Assembly (NCBI GenBank): GCA_001179505.1
Contig: CDMY01000259.1
Location: forward strand, 62,001 to 126,000
Direction: 5' to 3'
Length of the DNA stretch: 64,000 nucleotides
Source of the DNA: Vitrella brassicaformis CCMP3155
Lineage: Eukaryota; Protista; Chromerida
The translations under genes were made by a program, and so were the position numbers. This document shows, piece after piece, positions 36,907 to 46,600 of this stretch. The notes beneath the pieces were generated by a model. It had not been told where the DNA came from and made no database searches. It saw only the letters and a program-made list of their open reading frames with translations. How positions within the stretch are numbered: the stretch's first letter is position 1; every line of letters begins with the position of its first letter.

Positions 36907-37653
36907 TTGGAGGCTGTTATTCAAAGCTTTGTGCAGCGAATCGGTTGCCATGGACGCGGCTGCGGCGGCGAACAGCTGCGGCGGCGAACAAGGACTGGCA
37001 AGGAGGTGCCGGAAGAGGGCACAGCAATGGGTGAGGAGCCGGGCGACAGCGCCAGCGCCAGGAGGTGGTGGCTTATTGGGGAGGACAGGTTGCTGACGGA
37101 CGAGGAGATCGATGCCATGATGCCGAGCGACGAGGAGATGGCGGCCATCGCCGAGCAGCGTCGGCGCGACAATGAGGACCTCAGGCCCGAGGACATCGCT
37201 GCGGTGCGGAGGCTCATCGCCCTCCACCGCGACCCTCGGGCCACCGACGAGGAAGTCCTACGAGCCAAGCAAGAGATACCGAGAGAGGTAAGGAGAGCAC
37301 GAGGGATGAGGGCCGAGGGCAGAAGAGACGCAGAGAGAAGTCGGGCTCAGCTGTCACAGCAACGCCAAAAGGTGGGATGCTCTGCTGCATGTATTCCTTC
37401 CAGGTGCTCCGCATCGCGCTCAACGGGCTGGAGCCACACGAGATTGAGGAGCTCGAGCAGGCAATTGTGCGGAACTGCCGCTGTGTCGCCTGTAAGTAGA
37501 GAGAGATGGAGAAGGCATAAAAGACGTGACACTCGACGACATACTTTCCCTTCTTCCCTTTGTCTGTCTTCCCCAGCCAACATCGCTGCTGAGCGAGGCG
37601 TCCCTCTGCCCAGTTTGTTTCCGCCGCCCCAAAACGTGAAACGCTTTCAGTGA
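36907..37653 (+). CDS. 'EDIAA..HRDP' family copy 3, truncated in its Pro-rich exon and abutting copy 4
   Basis: Exons MMPSDEEMAAIAEQRRRDNEDLRPEDIAAVRRLIALHRDPRATDEEVLRAKQEIPRE / VLRIALNGLEPHEIEELEQAIVRNCRCVA / NIAAERGVPLPSLFPPPQNVKRFQ*. The next ATG is 5 nt after the stop. Confidence 0.6.
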   Translation: MEAVIQSFVQRIGCHGRGCGGEQLRRRTRTGKEVPEEGTAMGEEPGDSASARRWWLIGEDRLLTDEEIDAMMPSDEEMAAIAEQRRRDNEDLRPEDIAAVRRLIALHRDPRATDEEVLRAKQEIPREVRRARGMRAEGRRDAERSRAQLSQQRQKVGCSAACIPSRCSASRSTGWSHTRLRSSSRQLCGTAAVSPVSRERWRRHKRRDTRRHTFPSSLCLSSPANIAAERGVPLPSLFPPPQNVKRFQ

Positions 37654-37658
37654 GCGCC

Positions 37659-39020
37659 ATGATGACGGACGAGGAGACCAACGCCATGATGCCGAGCGAC
37701 GAGGAGATGGCCGCCATCATCGAGCAGCATCGACGGGACAAGGAGAACCTCAGGCCCGAGGACGTCGCTGCGGTGCGGAGGCTCATCGCCCTCCACCGCG
37801 ACCCTCGGGCCACCGACGAGGAAGTCCTACGAGCGAAGCAAGAGATACCGATGGAGGTAAGGAGAGGGACGAGGGATGAGGGCCGAAGAGACTTGGGAAG
37901 AGACGCAGGAGAAGACGCTAAGGAGTCATTGTGGCACTGCTGCATATATTCCTTCCAGGTGTACCGCACCGTCTGCCATGGGCTGGAGCGCGACGAGATC
38001 GAAGACCTCACCAAGCTCCTGATCAGGAACTGCCGCCATGCCGCCTGTAAGTAGAGATGGAGAAGGAATGGATGACATGACTTTCTACGACATACTTTCC
38101 CTTCTTCCCTTTGTCTGTCTTCCCCAGCCAACATTGCCGCTGAGCGAGGCGTCGCCCTGCCGACGTCTCCCCACCCCTTTCTCGCCACACACGCCCCTCC
38201 CCCTGCCCCCGCCGTCTCCGACGCCCCTCCCTCTCCNNNNNNNNNNNNNNNNNNNNNNNNNNNNNNNNNNNNNNNNNNNNNNNNNNNNNNNNNNNNNNNN
38301 NNNNNNNNNNNNNNNNNNNNNNNNNNNNNNNNNNNNNNNNNNNNNNNNNNNNNNNNNNNNNNNNNNNNNNNNNNNNNNNNNNNNNNNNNNNNNNNNNNNN
38401 NNNNNNNNNNNNNNNNNNNNNNNNNNNNNNNNNNNNNNNNNNNNNNNNNNNNNNNNNNNNNNNNNNNNNNNNNNNNNNNNNNNNNNNNNNNNNNNNNNNN
38501 NNNNNNNNNNNNNNNNNNNNNNNNNNNNNNNNNNNNCCCCTCCCTCTCCCCCACCGCCACACACGCCCCTCCCCCTGCCCCCACCGCCACGTACGTCCCT
38601 CCCTCCGTCCCCACCGCCACATACGCCCCTCCACCTCCCCCCACCGCCACGTACGCCACTCCCCCCGGCCCCATCGCCACCTATGCTCCTCCCCCCGTCC
38701 CCATCGCCGCATACGCCACTGCCCCCGTCCCCATCGCCGCATACGCCCCTCCCCCCGTCCCCCTGGTCCACCCCGCAGCCCGGTTCGTCCACTCCAGCCA
38801 CCGATTTGTGCCCGTTCCCCGGTTCGTGCCCTCCCCGCTGCTCTCGCCGGCCATGAAGGAGGACGACAAGTGCTGGTGTGTTGAGATTGGGGAGTGGGTG
38901 GTGAGGGGGCTGGTGTGTGCGTATGAGTGTGTGTGTAACGGCGTGCGGTGCTTTGCGATGTGGGTGTGGGATGGGGTGAAATGGGTGGCCACGTGTGGCA
39001 CGTGTCGGCTGTCTGGCAGG
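37659..39020 (+). CDS. 'EDIAA..HRDP' family copy 4 with expanded 10-aa Pro/Ala/Tyr repeats; spans assembly gap
   Basis: MMTDEETNAMMPSDEE..PEDVAAVRRLIALHRDPRATDEEVLRAKQEIPME / VYRTVCHGLERDEIEDLTKLLIRNCRHAA / NIAAERGVALPTSPHPFLATHAPPPAP.. [gap] ..PTATYAPPPP repeats..DKCWC..MWVWDGVKWVATCG. That frame stays open to 39389, running into a repeat. Confidence 0.6.
38237..38536. other. assembly gap (300 N) inside a C-rich minisatellite
   Basis: Run of N, flanked on both sides by CCCCTCCC-type repeat sequence. Confidence 0.99.
38551..38760 (+). repeat. 30-bp minisatellite, 7 visible units, encoding PTATHAPPPA / PTATYVPPSV / PTATYAPPPP / PTATYATPPG / PIATYAPPPV / PIAAYATAPV / PIAAYAPPPV
   Basis: Units start at 38551, 38581, 38611, 38641, 38671, 38701 and 38731 with CCA(C/T)CGCC(A/G)C. 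This frame is continuous with ORF 38808..39389. Confidence 0.92.
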
Positions 39021-39048
39021 GACATCGGAGGCAGAGGGCCTGGCGGCC

Positions 39049-39424
39049 ATCGCTGTCTACATTTTACATCCGGCTGTTTCTGTCTGGCAAGGACTCGTCA
39101 CGATCTGATGACCCTTAATTTTATCATCAGTTGGCTCGTCACACCCTTTCACAGCGCTCGATGCCGGCCGGAGCATGCACGAGTGTCCGTGTTCCTCTCG
39201 TCATGCAGACGGACACTCGTGTGCTGTGTCCCTTCAAACCACCGTATTCTTAGCGATGATCGATCTTCTGCCTCGCGAAGGGCGCATCAAAAAGTTCCGA
39301 AGTTCCCCATATATCCGTGTGTCTTCCTTCCTGCGTGCACGATTCATGCAATTGGCCATGGATGTCAAAAAACGCACATAGCTACATAAAAGAGACATAC
39401 ATAGATATGAATTGTCCGGCAGAC
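39049..39424 (+). repeat. dispersed non-coding repeat (segments M-A-B), copy 1; possible non-autonomous element
   Basis: 39189-39424 matches the reverse complement of 53683-53929. 39158-39179 (TCGATGCCGGCCGGAGCATGCA) matches the reverse complement of 53454-53475 exactly. Confidence 0.85.
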
Positions 39425-39849
39425 GGAAAAATGACGATAGCTGGACGTCGACAGGGTGGACGGACCAATCTGAAGAGTCCATCCACCAATCGAGATCGAT
39501 CCACTTAGCCATCCAGCACCAAAACACCAAAACAGCTCTGTTTGTAGGTTTGTATGTGGGTGTGCATGCCATGCAAGTAGGTATGTAAGAAAACGCACCA
39601 CGGTATCGCTCTTGGACCCGCCTACACAGACAGACACGAAGCCACTCACACGCACACACACATGCACACATATACACATGCACACACACGCATGTCTGTC
39701 AGTCAGAAGGTAGACAGACGCGACACACACGCCCAGCCCAAATCCCGACCGCCATGAGCCAAAATGCTCGCACCACATACACACAGAACACACAAAGGAG
39801 ACTGCCACCGTACCGTGTTAGAGGGGTGGTTTGATTTGGACCGGTCATG

Positions 39850-39989
39850 TCATGCGGCAGCCGGGCTGCCCGAGAAGGGCGGCTTGATGCCCTTGGGGAT
39901 GGCGCTGAGCTTGTTAGAATACTCCTTGACGTCAGACAGCTCCTGGTTGTTCATCAGCTTCAGGTCGGCTATGCTCAGCACTCCGTCCC

Positions 39990-40024
<35 letters not shown>

Positions 40025-41780
40025 GGCATGTGTACAAGTGTGTGTATGGTTCTGAATGAGGTGTGTGTGCGTATGTACCGTTTTTGTCGAAGAATCTGAA
40101 GGTGCCCTGGATGTTCTCGAGGTCCTCCCTGCTCACGAGTTTGGTCTTCTCCAGCATGTAGAGCAGGAACTCCAGCTCGCTGACGGAGCCGCTGTTGTCC
40201 AGGTCAATGGCGATGATCCTGAACACAAACGCACAGGCACACACACACATGCATTGAGCGAATGTGTAGGCCGCGGGTGTGCTTTCGTGTGTACCGACCG
40301 ACCGTTCGAGTGTGAGTGCCTTTCGGTAGAACATCTTCCTGTCGGCCGCCTGCTTCCTCCCCACTATCTCGCTCGTCACCTGCACAGGCATACAGAGAGT
40401 ATCGGACGTCCACACGCATCGAGAATGCCCTCTCTCTCTCTCATCCTCACCCCCTCCCTCACTGGCCCACTGACTTGACTTACCTGTCCAATGACGTTTG
40501 AGGTCATGATGACGCCGATGACGGCATACAGCATGCACACGCTCTTGGTCAGCGGATGGCTCGGCACCAGGTCTGGACAAACACACAGAGATAACCCGAC
40601 AGAATGTGGCAAGGCGGTCTCTCTCCTCTGTGTGTGTCTTGTCTGTCAGCGTCTGACCTCCGTATCCGACGGAGCTGAGAGTGACAGTGGAGAAGTAGAG
40701 GGCCTGCAGGAAGCTCCAGTTCTCCATAGCCGAGAAGAACGCCTGACCAACACACACGACGTCAGTGCAGTCAAGGCTCAGTGCGTCAGTCCATCGTGTG
40801 GGTGCGTCATCCACCTACCGCTCCTAGTAGGAGGAAGATGAGTATCTGTCCGATGGCGAGGCCGATGAGTGTGTTGTGGCTGACAGTCACATCGCCGACC
40901 ATGTTGGCCGCAACCGTACCAATGGCGAAAGAGATTAGCGTGATGCTGCACACCACACACACACACACGGACACTTGCACTCAGACACACCCGTCGCGGC
41001 CCTTGTGTGTGCCATGTGCCACTCAGCCACCTGATGAATATGTACACGATTTGGAAGGTCATCATGGCGGAACTTTCGGGCTCCAAGTCGCCGTAGCCCA
41101 CTGTCGTGATCGTTATCTGGATGGAGCAGATGTGACAGACAGACAGCACACATCAACACTGCTTGTTCACTCACCGCCGAGAAGTACAGTGCATTGACGA
41201 TGGGCCATCCAGCAACGAAGTGGTACACACACGCCCTGACATGACGAGCAAAGCAGGAGGATGCTGATTGTATATGGGCGTGTGAAATGCGATTTGGTTA
41301 CCCGAACAGGAAGTGTGCAGTGAAGAGCCCAAACATGAGAGCCGTGAACCCCCATGACTTCATCGTGCCCTACATCCACCACATCCACCCATACACCCAT
41401 CCCGTGACCACCACACACTGCTCTCCCTCCCAATATGCGCCGTGCACACAGACTGACCTCATATTCCTCGTCCGTGCTCACAAGCGACAGCATCGACGCC
41501 TGCCCGATGAACGACTGCGTCACGCCCCGAGCAAACCCCCGCCAGCCTACCGGCCCTCGAGCTGCCGGGTGCGGCGCGTTGGTGATGAGGGTGCGGACTG
41601 ACGCTTCGGGCATCGATGTGGCTATCGATGTGGCTATCGATGGGGTCCCGACGATCTCACCATCCTGTGAGCACAGGGGTGAGAGGCACAACAAAGGAGT
41701 GGCTGAGTGTGTGGCGGTGCGACTGGTGAGCGTTTCCTTACATCAAGGAATGGCCTGCGGTTCTCAATGTCGCCCGACAT
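39850..41780 (-). CDS. two-pore-domain K+ channel with two C-terminal EF hands (plant TPK/KCO-like architecture)
   Basis: Pore 1: WPIVNALYFSAV/TITTVGYGDLEP. Pore 2: WSFLQALYFSTVTLSSVGYG/DLVP. EF-like segments: IAIDLDNSGSVSELEFLLYMLEK and FRFFDKN/GDGVLSIADL. Start placed at MSGDIEN (41780); alternative ATGs lie at ~41834-41837. Confidence 0.9.
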
Positions 41781-42155
41781 CAAATCAATGCGCCTGCGAA
41801 GACCACGACAGAAGTGGAATGCGTAGACGTCCATCATGATGTTGTGCAGAGTGCATGACTGACTGACTGTGATGCGATGCATCACCCACCTGCGTGTCTG
41901 CTTGAGAGCTGGAGCTTCCAACAGAGATAATCTTATCCGGTGCTTGCGCCGTCGAATCCGTTGCGCTACGTCACGGAGCACTCACTGCTGCTCTCGACTG
42001 TCGCTCTCAGGTGAGAGAGAAAGTGTGTTCGACAGATGCGGTGCTGATCTTTTCTGCTGCTGAATCAGATCTTGCAAGAGATCTCCCGGGAGTGATATCA
42101 CGACCGCACCAGATCTGCCGTTGAGCGCGCAGATGCAACGGTCACCTGGTCAATA
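41781..42155. promoter_or_regulatory. divergent spacer (TPK-like / adenylate-kinase-like) with three AGATCT sites
   Basis: AGATCT at 42067, 42079 and 42111. Confidence 0.4.
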
Positions 42156-43248
42156 ATGCACGATTTTATCTTTGTGATAGCACATCCCCTCGTCCGGGAC
42201 CGTGCCCGGCACCTCCTCACGTTCATTGACGGGTCGCCCTTCTTCAAACACGTCCGCATATCCGTCGAACAGCTCTTCCCACAGGTGAGCATCGCCCGCC
42301 TCAGTCTCGCCTCCTGTCTCAGTGTGCTCCACACGTTCATGGCATTGCGTGCAGGATGCGCCGGCCTGCAGTGCCCGCGAGGTGTTTGAGGCTGTCATGG
42401 ACGCTGTCGAGCCACACACGACAACCGAGAGCCTCTTCATCATCGATGGTAGAGACGACGGTCACCGGCACCCACAATGCCTGCCTTCGTTGCCCCCTGT
42501 CTGTTATCGCCCCTGCAGGCCTGCCGCGTTCGCTTGCCGACTGGAAGATTTGGCTGATGGCCCTCGGCTCCCACTCCCGCATCCGGTATGTCGTGCTCAT
42601 CGACCATCCTGACGGCATCATGCCGGCCCTCTCACAGACACTGAAGAGCCTCACCCTCCCGCCCCAACCAGCACCTTCGGAAGAAGAGAAGAAGGCGGAC
42701 GAGGGAGCCGCAGAGAAAGCAGAGAAGGCAGGGACTACGGCTGAGGATGAAGGACAGAAGGAGAGGGAGGAGACAGAAGAGAGAGAGGTGAATCGGTCCC
42801 GTGAGGTGTATGAGCGGCTGCACGAGTCGTATGAGGCCTACGGGAGGGAGACGGTGCCCATTCTGAACAACCTCTACCGAATCGGCAAACTCAGATCGGT
42901 CAGAAGGAAGAAGAGAAGAAATGGCCTGAAGGGTTCTCATCGGTGTGTGGTCATTGTAGATCATTCTTGATCCCTACGTCGACTTCTCTGCGTCTGTGGC
43001 CTATGGCTGGTCCTGCCTGAACGCCATCCTCGCACAAGCGGCCAAGGAGGACGACAGGCTCAGATTCTTCCGGCCACTGCCGAGTGAGACAGAGAGAGAG
43101 GGAGACACCATCACGAGGCCACTTGCAGACACCAGCTGCGTGTGCGTGTTTGGCGTCAGGTTCCTTTGTGGAGGGCGAGGGGCGTGATCGGTTTGGTCAG
43201 CCATTCGGGGCTGTCAATGTGATGGCCGTGCAGACGGCCACACAGTGA
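42156..43248 (+). CDS. adenylate / UMP-CMP kinase-like protein with degenerate P-loop
   Basis: Spliced SLFIID/GLPRSLADW (the family's FLIDGFPR motif) and RLHESYEAYGRETVPILNNLYRIGKLRS/IIL. The N-terminal FIFVIAHPLVRDRA occupies the position of (I/V)FVLGGPGSGKGT. Confidence 0.55.
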
Positions 43249-43616
43249 AGAACCAGCTTTGGCTGCGTGGGGACAGGTGGTCGGTGCATGTGTCGATGAA
43301 TGAATGAATGAATGGATACGTTCACTCATCCTTCATTCAAGGCAAGTATCAGACCGCAAGCCCTCTGCTGCTTTGCTGCCTGGGTGCGAATAGCTGCCAT
43401 TGACGTCTCCCGTGGCCGTGATGGCCACTAGGCCACGGGAGCCGTCGGCGCAGCATTCTATAACCAGTCAGCACCTCCACAGAGGAGGGGGTCATGTCAT
43501 GTCGAGATAACTCGTCCCACCACATCTCACCCCAACCCAGAGAGACACGCAGCAACAAGGCGAGAGTTCCTCGTCGAGCACACGCCAGGACATCCATCCA
43601 TCCATCCATCCATTCA

Positions 43617-46600
43617 TCAGTCGGTGCTGGGCTCCTCCAGTGCATTCAATATCGCAGGCAGACACCGGAAACACTCCGGCAGCCACGGCAGCGACACGAA
43701 CGGCACCTCCAGACCGTCAAAAGCGAACAGCGTCCTCTCCCGTATGTCCCGCTTCAGCACACTCGCATCGCGCAAAGACAGGGAAGGCCCATCGGCAGCC
43801 GGAGGCACCTCCATGGCGTCAACAGCTTCGTTGTTGCTGTCGTCCTCTGCATTGTCGCCAGTGGTGGTGTGATGGTGTCGAATGGCCGGGATCTTGGGGT
43901 ATCGCTGACTGAAATGGGTCAGGATCAGGTACCCACAGCCGGTGCGCTCGGCTGAGAGAACAGAGGGCAGGGAAGAGGTTGCAGAGCGCTGGTGTCAGTG
44001 TATCTCTGTGTCCTTTCTGCGCGTACCGATTTGGAAGGCTTCGTCGAGTGTGCTGTGGAGCTTCTCGATGGCCTCGGTGCGCAAACCATCCTCAAACGTG
44101 GCTGACAGAATGCACGAACACACAACAGCTCACGAGAAATCGACAGGGCAATGCTGTTATAGCCAGGCGCACCTTCGTGTATCAGCAGGTCACAGTTCTT
44201 CGCGAGAAGGGCCACCGCGTCGCATGGCCGCGTGTCGCCCGAGTAGACCACGTCAGGCAGCCCATCCATCGCCACACGAATGGCTGCGTCATCAGAGAGG
44301 AATAGTGAGCATGGGAACCCACAGACATGCCCACTCTGTCTGCCCATCTGCGTACCGAATGAGTCGGGGATGTGATCCACGAGTATGCTGGCCACCCTCA
44401 CGCCCAGCGCATCCAGCAGTGCATGACGCGACGCAACCCAACACGATGGCGCCTTCTCACCACCACCACCACCGGCAGCAGCGGCAGCTTCACTCTCGCC
44501 ACCGTCGGTGCACGGCACGGTCCAGCAAGCCGATTGGTCTTCCTGTGGGGTGAGGTTGACGAAGCTCTCGGGCGGCGTGAAGGGTGCGTCGTGTGGTCGG
44601 ATGATGAATCCCTCGGCCGGCAGGAAGCAGTGGGGGATGGCCTCCACACACTTGTGGTAAAAGGAATAGTACCGCTGATCGACACGCATCCACCCGCTGA
44701 TACCCGCCCGCCACAACAAGTGTCTGCCTGTGTGGGTGTCTACCTGCATTTTGTGTGGAGCCATCAGCACGGGGGCCTGCTCCTGCGGCCACATCCGCCC
44801 CCGCAGCGACAGCAAACGGGCCACACCTGCATGCACAGTAGACCAACCGCGCCATACCATCCAAGTACACACGGGCACAGTTGATCCACCTACTGACTGA
44901 CCCAGGTGATGGTCTGCGTGTATGTGGGAGACGTACACCACCCTGAACACATCACATTGGGAGGGCCGGACTGCCAACCAATGGTGCATTGTGTTCGTTG
45001 TATTGGCTCACTTGATCCGCTTGAGTGTGTCGGCAAAGCTCTCGTCCGACGTCTCGATCAGCCGCAGCTGTGACACGCTGCCCTCACCAAAGTCGAGCAA
45101 CATACCTGCCCCAGAACAGAACAAAACAGAGCACACACACGGCCTCCCTACCTCCACCCATTCCCCTGTGCTGTGTGTGTCGTGGGTGTTGGCCCCTTAC
45201 CTACCGAATGTCCGTGACATCTCGAGGAGTATGCCCGACACGTTGCGGAACTGCCCTGGCATCGCCGCACCCGTGCCCAGGAACCGCACACGGGGATACA
45301 CACACCGCTGTGTTGGGTGGCGGGCTGGGGGTGTCTGGTCGTGCAGTTGGCGGCACTTTGCCAGCCGGTCGGCCACCACAGGAGTGTCCAGGCGAGACAG
45401 CCGCTGAGAGGAACACGGACAGAATGAGGGACAGCTGCACAGTGTTGATCGTCTGACCTTTTTTGAGAAGGTTGGCTTCGCCTTTCTGAGGCAAGAGGAA
45501 TCATCAGCACCGACCTGCACACACACACACACACACACACACATCCACGCAGCACCTCGCCAAATGACTTTCGACACACTCTCTCACTCACTCACCCGGA
45601 CTGGCGGCGAGAGCGTGACCTTCATCAGTGGCGCCACAGCCACATCCCCCTGCTCCTCACCCTCACCCTCCTCTTCATGCCGCCTCTTTCCACCCACCTC
45701 GTCGCCAGACGACGCACCCCTCATCACCGCATCGCCATTGCCGACATCGCCGCTGGGCTGCTCTTGCTCGTCAACGGCCATGGCGGCCGGGCCGCCGCCA
45801 TTGGAGGGGCCGTTGTGCGTGCATGGCGGGAAGAGTGAGGGGAGTGCTTTCGCGAGGACGGCGTTGAGCGATGCTGACGAGGGGAAGAAAGACAGCTCAG
45901 ACGAGGCGGTGTCGCCACTGAGAGAGACAGCCGCGTACGCGCAGGGAAATGTGTGTGTCACCAGTGGTGTGTGTGTCGATGGTTACCGGTTGCAGAAAAG
46001 GTGCCGCACTTTGAGTTGCGAGCGGGAGGCCAGACAGCGCATGAGGGCGTCGTAGGAGGCAGTCCTCACCAGCTGAACATACAAACCAATCAGACCACCA
46101 AAAACAGGTGGAGGGATAGATTAGAGGGATCATTCTGCATGTTTTGCTGGGCGCACCGATGGGTCAGTGAGGTGAAACACGTGCGCCAGGTGGTCAAGGC
46201 CATATGCTTCACTCCCGCGCGTCAGTGCTTCAGTCTGGCAGGGCGCACACGCACCATAAGTCAATGAATGCCTCCACTTCTGTCGTGCGTGCGTCCATCC
46301 ATCCATACCATTTGCTTGACGTGTTGTTCATTGAGTGGCTGCAGGATGACGAAGCTCTGCCCCCTGAACCCAGGCTCGCACACGTCCTCCGAGCGCACCT
46401 GACACATACAAAGGCAACACACATGCACACACACCCCTTACACACGCGCCACACACACAACACCCTCGTCCACCCCACTCACCACAGTGCCGTCCTCCAG
46501 AGTGACGCTCTGCCCGCTCTTGAGCTTGCCAAACAGCGGCCCCTTGGGCACCTTAAGCGCATTCGCCCTCTCCACATCAAACTTGCCCGCCACATCGGGG

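Noticed and set aside
38551-38760. CRISPR-like 30-bp periodicity
   Set aside because: The units are contiguous degenerate repeats with no unique spacers, in a eukaryotic coding context with no cas genes.
37214-39050. Long ORFs spanning the N run (37214..38680, 38023..38742, 38038..38856, 38085..39050)
   Set aside because: Artefacts of translating through 300 N and a stop-poor minisatellite.
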